DNA of 64,000 bases from NCBI GenBank assembly GCA_029547265.1, contig JAKPPP010000195.1:795-64794 (forward strand), in the 5' to 3' direction. Below are positions 41,424 to 50,750 of the stretch, one piece after another. A model generated the notes under the pieces. It worked only from the letters and a program-made list of their open reading frames with translations, was not told where the DNA came from and searched no databases. Position 1 is the first letter of the stretch, and each line of letters begins with the position of its first letter. The position numbers and the translations under genes are program-made. The stretch is from Bacteroidota bacterium (GTDB lineage: Bacteria; Bacteroidota; Bacteroidia; AKYH767-A; OLB10).

Positions 41424-41612
41424 GATGCTAAAGTATGAAAAACATTTCCGTTAATTTATGACAATAGCCATAAAAATCTTACAACTAATTAATTATCTAA
41501 CACTTAAGTTGTATTTTCAAGTGCGTTTTCTTGAAAAATGCTGATTTCGTGCTTTCATTTTACCCCGATTTTGCATGATTTTTATCATTATTATTCAATC
41601 ACTTATAATCTT

Positions 41613-41631
41613 ATTTGGAATTATTCTAATT
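41613..41631. promoter_or_regulatory. Fur-box-like palindrome 1
   Basis: ATTTGGAATTATTCTAATT, 17/19 match to the near-palindrome ATTTAGAATTATTCTAAAT that I recall as the Bacteroidota (Riemerella) Fur box. Confidence 0.7.
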
Positions 41632-41653
41632 AATTTACTTTCTTCGCAGTCTT

Positions 41654-41672
41654 AATTAGAATCATTCTAAAC
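41654..41672. promoter_or_regulatory. Fur-box-like palindrome 2
   Basis: AATTAGAATCATTCTAAAC with a perfect TTAGAAT-n-ATTCTAA core, 20 bp before ATG 41693. Confidence 0.7.
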
Positions 41673-41692
41673 AGTATCGCTTTTAAAGTCAA

Positions 41693-42958
41693 ATGAAAAA
41701 AATTACTACGCTAGTACCTTTATTACTAGTCATTTACACTAATATCGCGTTTTCTCAAACCGATTCAGTCACTACCAAATCACAGCGTTGGGATTACAGC
41801 GTTTACGGCAATTTGAACTATTATAAGTTCAATTGGGATACATGGACTGATAAAAGAGCTGCAATCGATGGTGAGCGCTTTATTATTGAAGGCAATTATA
41901 AATGGACTCCTAAAATTAGTTTGAATGCCGAATTAGAAATCGAACATGGCGGTGTAGGGACCGAATTGGAATTCGACAAATTTGAAGAGTTCGGTGAGTT
42001 CGAATACGAAATTTCAAAAGGTGGTGAAATATGGATGGAAGAAATGAATTTAAGTTTCAAGCCTACCAATCGCTTAGAAATTCAAGCCGGAAGAATTAAA
42101 GTTCCTTTTGCATTGCAGTATACCCTCGATGAACCTACCGATTTTTTAACGGCTATGTTACCGGAAACGGAGGCGACCTTACTTCCTACTAACTGGACAG
42201 AATATGGAATCTCAGCTCATTATACTTTAGGCGAATTACACCGATGGAAAATCCATGCCGCTTATATCAATGGTTTAGATGGAACCGCATTTTCGTCTGC
42301 TAATTTTATTAAACGCGGAAACCAACGTAGATTCGAACAGGTGAATGCAGAGAATTGGGCTTTCTCAGGTAGAATCGATTATAACTGGGGATATGATTGC
42401 GTTGCAGGTGTATCATTTTATAGAGGCGACACGCGTGATAATCGCCCAAAACCCGATTTCAAAAAACATGCAGTTGTTCAATTGCTCGACGCACACGTAG
42501 GCTTCAAAGAAAAATCATTGTATGTAAGAGCAGGTGTTGTTTACGGAACAATACAAAACTCTGAAGCTTTATCAGAAGCTAACAGAAATCTCTCGAATAA
42601 TTTAAATGTAAAAAGAACTCCCGTTGGTGCATCTGCTCTCGGTTACTATGGCGAAGTTGGTTATGATTTCTTGAGCTTTATTCCTTATTTCCAAAAGCAA
42701 AATAAAGGAGCGGATTTCGTAGTCTACGGACGATATGACTTTTACGATTCAATGTACAGCACGCAAGGACAGATTTACAATAATCCCCGTTGGGAACGAT
42801 CAGCAATTAGCGGAGGAATAAAATGCAGTGTACATCGCGACATCCAATTAAAACTGCAATACTCTACAAGAGAAGTTGGAGCCGCAGCTGCTGCTACACC
42901 TGATAGCGGAACAACAGAAGAAACAATAGTCGCAGGCTTAGCCTTTATCATCAATTAA
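41693..42958 (+). CDS. Putative outer-membrane porin of the imelysin/DHOR cluster
   Basis: Signal peptide, alternating beta-strand pattern, ELEIEHGG and an acidic loop, terminal beta strand; first gene of the operon. Confidence 0.7.
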   Translation: MKKITTLVPLLLVIYTNIAFSQTDSVTTKSQRWDYSVYGNLNYYKFNWDTWTDKRAAIDGERFIIEGNYKWTPKISLNAELEIEHGGVGTELEFDKFEEFGEFEYEISKGGEIWMEEMNLSFKPTNRLEIQAGRIKVPFALQYTLDEPTDFLTAMLPETEATLLPTNWTEYGISAHYTLGELHRWKIHAAYINGLDGTAFSSANFIKRGNQRRFEQVNAENWAFSGRIDYNWGYDCVAGVSFYRGDTRDNRPKPDFKKHAVVQLLDAHVGFKEKSLYVRAGVVYGTIQNSEALSEANRNLSNNLNVKRTPVGASALGYYGEVGYDFLSFIPYFQKQNKGADFVVYGRYDFYDSMYSTQGQIYNNPRWERSAISGGIKCSVHRDIQLKLQYSTREVGAAAAATPDSGTTEETIVAGLAFIIN

Positions 42959-42998
42959 AATATTAAAATCCCAATAACCTAAAAAATTACTTTTTATC

Positions 42999-44066
42999 AT
43001 GAAAACATCTATTAAATTTTTATTGTTAGCTTCATTCGTATTCGTTGCTTCTTCCTGCAATAAAGACGATGATAATGCTACATCAACACCAACAGCCGAC
43101 TACCAACCGGAGCTGAAAAATATTTCGCAGCTAGTGATAACGGCGACGTATTTAAATTTAAATAATGAAGCCGGTGATTTAGTTTCTGCTGTAACTAATT
43201 TAAAAAACAATCCGACTACAGTTAATTTAGAAGCAGCTCGTCAAGCTTGGCGCGAAACACGATTACCATGGGAACAAAGTGAAGCCTTTTTATTCGGGCC
43301 CGTAGAGCAACAAGGAATAGATCCTTCCATCGACAGCTGGCCCGTGAATGTTACCGACTTGCAGAATGTTTTAGCAGGTACAGGCAATTTGACAAAAACT
43401 TATATCGATGGACTCGATGGCACGTTGAAAGGATTTCATACAATTGAGTTTTTATTGTGGGGAACCAATAGCAATAAGCTAATTGGTGATTTTACGAATC
43501 GCGAATTTGAATATATAATTGGATGTACCGAAAGTTTACAAGGAGCAACATTACAACTGTACAATGCATGGCAAGCAAACGGACAAAATTTCGAGCAAAT
43601 TTTATATGATGCTAATTCTTCCAACCCTTACTACCCATCACAAAAAGCATCCTTGCAAGAAGTCGTAAATGGTATGATTGCAATTTGCAATGAAGTGGCA
43701 AACGGAAAGTTATTTGAACCATTTTCTCAACAAGATATCACCTTAGAAGAATCACGCTTCAGTGTAAATTCTAAACAAGATTTTGCCGACAATATCAGAA
43801 GTGTAGAAAACCTTTATTTAGGAACTTTTAACAGTGGTGGGAACGGAAAAGGTATCAGCACAATCATCGCATCGAAAAATGCAAATCTTGACGCGCAAGT
43901 GAAAGCAAAAATAACTTCTTCCATTAATGCTATTATGGCAATTCAAGGAACTTTTACAAGCGCAATTACAAGCGATCCGCAAGGAGTTCAAAATGCAATC
44001 GATGAAGTAACCGAATTGCAAACTTTATTACAGCAAAATGTTTTAACAACTGTTATTAATTTATAA
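42999..44066 (+). CDS. Imelysin (peptidase M75-like, IrpA/LruB-type) iron-binding lipoprotein
   Basis: Lipobox ASSC-NKDDD; ARQAW..R.PWEQSEAFLFGP, IDSWP, GFHTIE (GxHxxE), ESRFS.NS. Confidence 0.92.
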   Translation: MKTSIKFLLLASFVFVASSCNKDDDNATSTPTADYQPELKNISQLVITATYLNLNNEAGDLVSAVTNLKNNPTTVNLEAARQAWRETRLPWEQSEAFLFGPVEQQGIDPSIDSWPVNVTDLQNVLAGTGNLTKTYIDGLDGTLKGFHTIEFLLWGTNSNKLIGDFTNREFEYIIGCTESLQGATLQLYNAWQANGQNFEQILYDANSSNPYYPSQKASLQEVVNGMIAICNEVANGKLFEPFSQQDITLEESRFSVNSKQDFADNIRSVENLYLGTFNSGGNGKGISTIIASKNANLDAQVKAKITSSINAIMAIQGTFTSAITSDPQGVQNAIDEVTELQTLLQQNVLTTVINL

Positions 44067-44070
44067 TTTT

Positions 44071-45447
44071 ATGAAAAATTTTATTTATATCATTCTTGCT
44101 TCTGCTTTTTTATCTTCTTGTACAAAAGACGATAACGAAGCTGAATCGAATACATCATCTATTGATATAAACAGTGGCGGAGCAACCACTACATTAAATT
44201 CAACAAGCTTAGCATTTGAAGATCCTTCTGCGAATTTAAATGCTATTGAATCTGATCTACATGTCCGGGGAAACCTAGCCTTTGAAGCCACTTTCATTAC
44301 GGCGCCTGCTACTAATAACCCCGGCTTAGGTCCTTTGTTTAATAATACAGGTTGTGCAGCTTGCCATGTAAAAAATGGAAGAGCTTCCTACCCTACTTCT
44401 TCGAGTGATCTCGGTGGATTACTGATCCGTGTCAGCATGAATGGAACCGATCCACATGGCGGTCCTTTGGCATATCCCGGTTACGGCGGACAATTGCAAA
44501 ACCGAGCAGTCTTTGGCAAAGCGCCGGAGGCTGACGTTACGTTAACAGAAGCACTACAAATAAAGCAATTCCTTGACGGAACTTCTTATGAATTGAGAGA
44601 ACCGATTATCAACTTGAGTAATCATTATACTCCTTTAACATCGGGACCAATGCTTATCTCTCCTCGTATTGCGCCTCCTATAATTGGATTAGGATTATTA
44701 GAAGCAATAAGTGAACAAACTCTTTTAGCAATGGCCGATGAAGCTGATACAAATAGTGATGGTATAAGCGGCAAATTAAATTATGTATGGGATGTGCAAG
44801 CAAATAGTATGAAGCCCGGAAAATTCGGATGGAAAGCAGGACAACCAAACCTTACTCAGCAAGCCGCTGCAGCTTATGTAAACGATATGGGAATTACGAA
44901 TCCTTTATTCACACACGAAAACAGTGTTGGTCAGCCACAGGATGATTTAACAGGCGATGATCCCGAAATCAATGCACAGACTCTTGAAGAAGCTTCGTTC
45001 TATACTAAGTCGGTTGCTGTTCCTGCTCGTAGAAATACAACGAACAGCGTTGTTATGGCAGGAGAAAATATTTTCAGAGCTGCGAAATGTAATGCTTGTC
45101 ATCGCGAAACAATAACTACTTCTACCCTTTCCGGAGTTCCTTCTGTCAGCAATCAAACTATCCATCCATACACTGATCTTTTATTGCATGATATGGGACC
45201 AGGTCTTGCTGATAATCGTCCGGAATTTTTAGCAACAGGAACAGAATGGAGAACTGCACCTTTATGGGGAATCGGTTTAACCAGAGTGGTAAACGGACAT
45301 AGCAATTTCTTGCATGATGGCAGAGCCAGAAATCTGATGGAAGCTATAATGTGGCACGGAGGTGAAGCAACTAATTCAGTGAACTATGTAAAAGCACTTT
45401 CATCGACACAACGTGAATCGCTGATTAAATTTCTTGAATCATTGTAA
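44071..45447 (+). CDS. Di-haem oxidoreductase family (DHOR/DUF1111) lipoprotein
   Basis: GLGPLFN..CAACH..NGR, SPRIAP..GLGLLEAI, DGISG, GKFGWKA, CNACH, TDLLLHDMG, WRTAPLWG, LHDGRA, WHGGE. Confidence 0.92.
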   Translation: MKNFIYIILASAFLSSCTKDDNEAESNTSSIDINSGGATTTLNSTSLAFEDPSANLNAIESDLHVRGNLAFEATFITAPATNNPGLGPLFNNTGCAACHVKNGRASYPTSSSDLGGLLIRVSMNGTDPHGGPLAYPGYGGQLQNRAVFGKAPEADVTLTEALQIKQFLDGTSYELREPIINLSNHYTPLTSGPMLISPRIAPPIIGLGLLEAISEQTLLAMADEADTNSDGISGKLNYVWDVQANSMKPGKFGWKAGQPNLTQQAAAAYVNDMGITNPLFTHENSVGQPQDDLTGDDPEINAQTLEEASFYTKSVAVPARRNTTNSVVMAGENIFRAAKCNACHRETITTSTLSGVPSVSNQTIHPYTDLLLHDMGPGLADNRPEFLATGTEWRTAPLWGIGLTRVVNGHSNFLHDGRARNLMEAIMWHGGEATNSVNYVKALSSTQRESLIKFLESL

Positions 45448-45480
45448 AGTTGTATCTTCATATTCCCAAACCTTAATAAT

Positions 45481-45951
45481 ATGAAGATTGCATTTAAATA
45501 TGGAATCCTGTTTTCATTGATGACGTTAGCTTGGTTAACGCTCGAATATTTAGCAGGCTTCCATTCTACCCTAATTAACTATCATCCGATAGTTACCAAT
45601 TTTATTTTAATTCCTGCAATTTTCCTTTTCAGGAGAGCAATGTTGGAAATCAAAGCATCAAGCAGTGACCCATTACCATTCAGGTATTATTTCATTGAAG
45701 GATTAAAGATTTCTCTGATTATTACAATTTTATCGCCGGTTGAACAATACATTTTCAGTTACTACATTAATCCCAACTTTTTTCATGCTATGATCGAAAA
45801 TGCAGTAGCAGGAAACCATGCATCAAGGGAACAAGCCGAAGCATATTTCAATTTCAATAATTATGTTACCGAATCATTAATCGGTGCTGCTTTCATGGGG
45901 ATTTTATTCTCAGGCATCGGAGCTTGGCGAATGAGCAAAATTAAAGCTTAA
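45481..45951 (+). CDS. DUF4199 family membrane protein
   Basis: 4 TM; KYG, YYINPNFF motif. Confidence 0.75.
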   Translation: MKIAFKYGILFSLMTLAWLTLEYLAGFHSTLINYHPIVTNFILIPAIFLFRRAMLEIKASSSDPLPFRYYFIEGLKISLIITILSPVEQYIFSYYINPNFFHAMIENAVAGNHASREQAEAYFNFNNYVTESLIGAAFMGILFSGIGAWRMSKIKA

Positions 45952-47618
45952 CGTAGCAATAAAAAGCTACCTCGTTTCACTCCTTTCTCTCCGTTTCGGA
46001 AGGTATAACGGCATGTATATCCGTAAACTCCAATCGGAGCATCAGTGCCGTCGAATTTACCATCCCATCCTAAACTGATATTATCAGATTTAAAAATCGG
46101 CTGGCCATATCGATTGAAAATATTCATGGTGAACGATGGTACATCTATACCTTCCGCTTTAAAATAATCGTTAACTCCATCTTCGTCGGGGGTAAATGCT
46201 TTCGGCAACCAAATATCGGTTCCGCATCCAAGTTCAAAATTGATGGTATCTAAATCGGTACATCCTGCCGAATTTGTAACAGTTACTATATACGATGATG
46301 CACTGTCTACATTTATCTCCGCACTTGTTTCTCCCGTATTCCATTGATAGGAATTAAATATTCCGGGCGTTAATTTTATTGATTGACCCGGACAAATAAA
46401 CTGATCATTGCCCAAATCCGGCAGAGGAAAAGCATCAGGTCCATAGATTACTTCGAAAGGAATTGTTGTCTTACAATCGTTGGTTCCACCGAGAACAGTT
46501 AAAGCATAAGTCCCTACAGAAATATTTTTCAGTGTATCAACTTGACTACCTGAAGGCAACCAAATTAATGTAGTACTCGCAGGAGTTAACACTAACGCTG
46601 ATGCATATCCGTCAGAACCATTATTGCAGGTAACATCACCTACTTGCAATTGCACGTCGGGAAATGAAATTGTTTTTGTAACAACTACTGCTCCTATACA
46701 CGGGTGAATGGTAGTTAGCTTAACAGTATAACTCCCGGCTGATGAAAAAACATGGTCGGCCGTTATTCCTGTAACATAATTTCCTGATGATGCAGGATCG
46801 CCAAAATCCCAAGAGTATTGCGAAGGACATCCATCTGATTCCGCCGAAACCGAAAGCGACAAATCACCATTGCAAATCCTTTTTATATCAATTACGGGCT
46901 GGGGCGATTCTCCAATGTACAAACTATCAAAAGCAAAGCCATCATAATCGTTGCAGGCAATGCCGGATCCGAAAGTAAATCGGAATTTAACGGAAGGCTC
47001 TCCTGCTAAATCGGTAATGCAATGTGAAGCAGTAAGCCATTGTCCGCTGCCACTGCCGCCTAAACATGCCCCTTGCGTACTTTTCGTATTGCCCGACCAA
47101 CCGCTTTGAGGGAATGCTAATCCGCCGAGATTACCAATGCTTCCGTTGTTATACCAATTTTTATTTCGGCAGTCTACCGGATCTGTAATACTTCCTACAT
47201 TTTGCCAAGTCACGCCGTTATCAATAGAATATTGAAGATTAGCTCCATCGTATTGCCTTTCGGTATCCCAAAAAATTTTGAATTCGATATATGGATTTGT
47301 TAAATTTGAGAAATCGAAACAAGGACTCGTTAAATACGATTTTTCGCCACCAAAATAATTCGGGAAGGTTAATCCGCCTGTAATCCAGCATTTACTACCG
47401 CTTCCGGCCTGAGTGATATTTGTTTTAAGTGGCTCACCCCAAGCCCAGTCAATATTAAATCCACCGGGCAGCCATCCTCCATTATCAACTTCAAAATCCT
47501 GCAAATACGGAAAAGCATTGATACACTGCGAATTAGCCTCCTCAATTTTACCTAAAAGGAAAAACAGACAAAGGCACAGCGTTTTTGTATTTAACAGATA
47601 ATGAATGCGTTTCAACAT
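45948..47618 (-). CDS. Secreted PKD/SprB-repeat protein with T9SS type B (gliding motility-associated) CTD
   Basis: FPY.QDFE/SPCFDFS domain, YSWDFGDP PKD, VTCNNGSDG repeat, C-terminal PKAFTPDEDGVNDYF..IFNRYG..GWDG..GVY; ATG 47618 preferred, start uncertain. Confidence 0.85.
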   Translation of the reverse strand: MLKRIHYLLNTKTLCLCLFFLLGKIEEANSQCINAFPYLQDFEVDNGGWLPGGFNIDWAWGEPLKTNITQAGSGSKCWITGGLTFPNYFGGEKSYLTSPCFDFSNLTNPYIEFKIFWDTERQYDGANLQYSIDNGVTWQNVGSITDPVDCRNKNWYNNGSIGNLGGLAFPQSGWSGNTKSTQGACLGGSGSGQWLTASHCITDLAGEPSVKFRFTFGSGIACNDYDGFAFDSLYIGESPQPVIDIKRICNGDLSLSVSAESDGCPSQYSWDFGDPASSGNYVTGITADHVFSSAGSYTVKLTTIHPCIGAVVVTKTISFPDVQLQVGDVTCNNGSDGYASALVLTPASTTLIWLPSGSQVDTLKNISVGTYALTVLGGTNDCKTTIPFEVIYGPDAFPLPDLGNDQFICPGQSIKLTPGIFNSYQWNTGETSAEINVDSASSYIVTVTNSAGCTDLDTINFELGCGTDIWLPKAFTPDEDGVNDYFKAEGIDVPSFTMNIFNRYGQPIFKSDNISLGWDGKFDGTDAPIGVYGYTCRYTFRNGEKGVKRGSFLLLR

Positions 47619-47758
47619 CGGATATAAAAATACAAATTGAAACCACTCAAAAATTAAATAGTCCTTAAAAATGGCAAGCAAAATCCAAACCATTATTCAT
47701 TTTTAACCGACAAACGATATTCTGCCTATATTTACAACCAAACACAAAATCAGACCGC

Positions 47759-49315
47759 ATGAAAAAATTGTTACTCAACATTTTTGCGACAGGGTTAGCC
47801 TTAGCAAGCATAACCACGGCGCAAGCTCAACGTTATTTAACTCCGGTATTCCCTTCGGCATCAAAAACGGCGAATGTAGTTTACGGAAATAACTATCAAG
47901 TATTAACTGGAACTCCTGTTGCTGTTGACTTGAAAATGGACGTATATCAACCATCAGGAGCATCAGATCCAATTACTGAGCGTCCACTAGTAATTGTTTT
48001 ACATACAGGAAGCTTCCTCCCTCCGGTGGTTAATGGACAACCAACAGGAACAAAAGGGGATTCAACAATTGTACAAGCTTGTACGGACTTTGCTCGCAGA
48101 GGATATGTAGCAGCAGCAGTTGATTATCGATTAGGATGGAATCCGGCTGCAACTGGAGCCGCAGGACAAGATATTCGCACAGGAACATTACTGAATGCTG
48201 TGTATCGTGCTATTCTTGATGCAAAAGCTTGTGTACGTTACTTCAGAAAAGATGTAGCTACAAATGGTAATTCTTTCGGAATCGACACTAACAAAATTAT
48301 TCTTGGTGGATTCGGTACTGGTGGATATATCGCTTTAGCATATGCTACCCTTAACAACCCTGCCGAAATGTCTTTAACTAAATTCTTAGCGAACACTACA
48401 AATGCATCATACGGATTTGTAGCAGGACAAAGTTATGTTAATCAAGCAGTATTAGGCGACTTCGAAGGCTACGGTGGAATTGCCGGATATAACAATCCAA
48501 ACAATAGCGTTGGTTATACTTCAAACGTTCAGTTTGTATTTAACGCAGGTGGTGCTATGGGCGACTCTTCATGGGTTGAGCCGGGAGATGCGCCAATGGT
48601 AAACTTCCACGTTGTTGGCGATCCATTTGCTCCTTACGGAATTGGTCCGGTAGTAGTACCTACAACAGGTGATTTCGTTGTTGAAGTATCAGGCAGCCAA
48701 AGCGTAGCAACTTTAGCTAACGCAGATGGAAATAACAACTGTATGATTAGCGCAGGCTTTACTGATAACCTTACAACTTATGCAATGGCTAATACAGGAA
48801 ACTTAGAAGGATTATATCCTTTCTATACTACACCTGCACAACAAGCAGGTCCTTGGGAATGGTATGACTCTACAGTTACTGTTTTAACAGCACAAGCATT
48901 AGGATATCCTGCATCTGCAGGTACTTCTGCTTACACAAACTCACTTTTAACTAATCCAGATATGTCGAAAGCAAAAGCAGTAGCTTATATCGATACTATC
49001 ATGGGATATTTAAATCCACGTGTGGTTTATTGCTTAGGGTTAACTACAGGATTAAACACAGTAAGCAACCTTACAGCTAACGTAAACATTCAACCAAATC
49101 CTTCAGCAGATCGCACTGTTATCACAGCAGATAAATTAGCAGGTGATATCCGCACAATTCGTGTTTATGATATTATCGGAAATGAAGTTTATTCTCAAGA
49201 AGGAATCAATGCAGATCGTTTTACTTTAGAGCGTAACGGATTACAATCAGGCTTGTACATTGTAAAAATGTCGTTTGATAAAGGTGAAGCTACAGGAAAA
49301 GTAGTTTTCAACTAA
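47759..49315 (+). CDS. Secreted alpha/beta-hydrolase-fold (carboxylesterase-like) protein with T9SS type A CTD
   Basis: MDVYQP, RPLVIVLHTGSF, ARRGYVAAAVDYRLG, DAKACVRYFR, FH...DP..PY; C-terminal QPNPS..SGLYIV. Confidence 0.85.
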   Translation: MKKLLLNIFATGLALASITTAQAQRYLTPVFPSASKTANVVYGNNYQVLTGTPVAVDLKMDVYQPSGASDPITERPLVIVLHTGSFLPPVVNGQPTGTKGDSTIVQACTDFARRGYVAAAVDYRLGWNPAATGAAGQDIRTGTLLNAVYRAILDAKACVRYFRKDVATNGNSFGIDTNKIILGGFGTGGYIALAYATLNNPAEMSLTKFLANTTNASYGFVAGQSYVNQAVLGDFEGYGGIAGYNNPNNSVGYTSNVQFVFNAGGAMGDSSWVEPGDAPMVNFHVVGDPFAPYGIGPVVVPTTGDFVVEVSGSQSVATLANADGNNNCMISAGFTDNLTTYAMANTGNLEGLYPFYTTPAQQAGPWEWYDSTVTVLTAQALGYPASAGTSAYTNSLLTNPDMSKAKAVAYIDTIMGYLNPRVVYCLGLTTGLNTVSNLTANVNIQPNPSADRTVITADKLAGDIRTIRVYDIIGNEVYSQEGINADRFTLERNGLQSGLYIVKMSFDKGEATGKVVFN

Positions 49316-49334
49316 TAAATCGGTTAATAAATAA

Positions 49335-49375
49335 AAGAAGGCGCTGCAAATTTATTGTAGCGCCTTCTTATTTTT
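49335..49375 (+). terminator. Intrinsic terminator
   Basis: AAGAAGGCGCTGCAA / TTGTAGCGCCTTCTT followed by a T tract. Confidence 0.85.
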
Positions 49376-49398
49376 AGGATGCCAAACATATGCCTCTG

Positions 49399-49983
49399 AT
49401 GAAAAAATTAGTCTTTCTTTTTCTTATGTTTCCCGTTCAGTTATGGGCGCAATCGCAGCAACTGAAATACGACATCCTCATGAAAGATGAGAAAATAGGC
49501 ACCATGAAAGTGCTTAAAATAACTCAGAAAGATCATATCAGTTATACTATTGAAAGTACCATCACCGTTAACAAAATAGTATCGATGCTGGTGGAATATA
49601 AAAGTACTGCCGAGTTCCATCGAGGCAAATTAATTAAATCGTCGAATAAACAGATGATAAATGGTAAAGTTCAAAATGATACACGCACTACATGGGATGG
49701 CAATCAATATGAAGTTTATACATTGACAGGCAGAACGAAACTAAAAGAAAAAAATATCGATTACGATGTTTGCATGTTATACTTCGACGAGCCGGATGCC
49801 AGAAAGAAAATTTATTCTGATTCTTATGGCAAATGGATTAGTATAAAATCTTATGGTAATCATCAATATGATTTACTATTGCCCGATAGTAAGCGAAGCA
49901 GTTATACCTTTAACTATGGCATTTGCAGCCGAGTGGAAACTGAACAAATGTTCTCAAAAATCACTTTATTGTTAACTAAATAA
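49399..49983 (+). CDS. DUF6134-like exported protein
   Basis: Signal peptide MKKL..WA; Y.I....IG.M, LYF.EP, YS..YG motifs; alternative start 49390. Confidence 0.65.
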   Translation: MKKLVFLFLMFPVQLWAQSQQLKYDILMKDEKIGTMKVLKITQKDHISYTIESTITVNKIVSMLVEYKSTAEFHRGKLIKSSNKQMINGKVQNDTRTTWDGNQYEVYTLTGRTKLKEKNIDYDVCMLYFDEPDARKKIYSDSYGKWISIKSYGNHQYDLLLPDSKRSSYTFNYGICSRVETEQMFSKITLLLTK

Positions 49984-50021
49984 ATCAGGATTATTCAGCA
50001 GAATTACCGAACTTTGTAGCA

Positions 50022-50750
50022 ATGCGAAAAATATTTAGTGCACTTATTTTAGTTTGTTTAGTTACCACCAATTTATCGGCGCAAGTAAACACTACTCAAT
50101 TCGGATTTAGCTTTAAACCTATTTTCCCCAGCAAATATTTACGTACCGGTCCGAAGGAGTTCAGCGATAAAAATATTCAGTATAAACTTTCACAAAATTC
50201 GGGTTATAGCGCCGGCGTTATGGTGCGCAGAGGTATTACCAAGAAACTTTCGGGCGAAACGGGAATTCTTTATGTAAAAAGGAATTTCGATATGGTTTTA
50301 AGTGATAGCAGTTATTCGGATAATAGCTCTTTTTCTATTATCGGATATGAAGTTCCTTTAAGTGCTCTAGTATTTATTCAACTCGATGAAAAACTTTGGA
50401 TGAACGTTGCCTTAGGTGGAAGTATTGATATTTTCCCTTCCGATATTTTAACGTTCAAAGACGAATTCCTCCACTACTCTTCTCGAAATACTAAAGTAAA
50501 TGCGGGAGTATTGGCCAACATCGGACTCGAATACCGAACAGCTAAAAGTGGTACCATTTATTTCGGCACTAGCTATCATCGTTCTGTAAATTCAATTTAT
50601 AATACATTAATCGAATACTACCCTACTCGTAATTATAACGATCCTTATACTTCATCGGGTAAGACTAAATTACAAGGCGATTATTTCACTTTTGATGTGA
50701 GGTATTATTTCCACGAGGATCCTGAGAAGAAGAAAAACAAGAAAAAGTAA
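50022..50750 (+). CDS. Hypothetical outer-membrane beta-barrel-like protein
   Basis: Signal peptide; ETGILYVKRNF, YEVPL, amphipathic strands ending DVRYYF. Confidence 0.6.
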   Translation: MRKIFSALILVCLVTTNLSAQVNTTQFGFSFKPIFPSKYLRTGPKEFSDKNIQYKLSQNSGYSAGVMVRRGITKKLSGETGILYVKRNFDMVLSDSSYSDNSSFSIIGYEVPLSALVFIQLDEKLWMNVALGGSIDIFPSDILTFKDEFLHYSSRNTKVNAGVLANIGLEYRTAKSGTIYFGTSYHRSVNSIYNTLIEYYPTRNYNDPYTSSGKTKLQGDYFTFDVRYYFHEDPEKKKNKKK

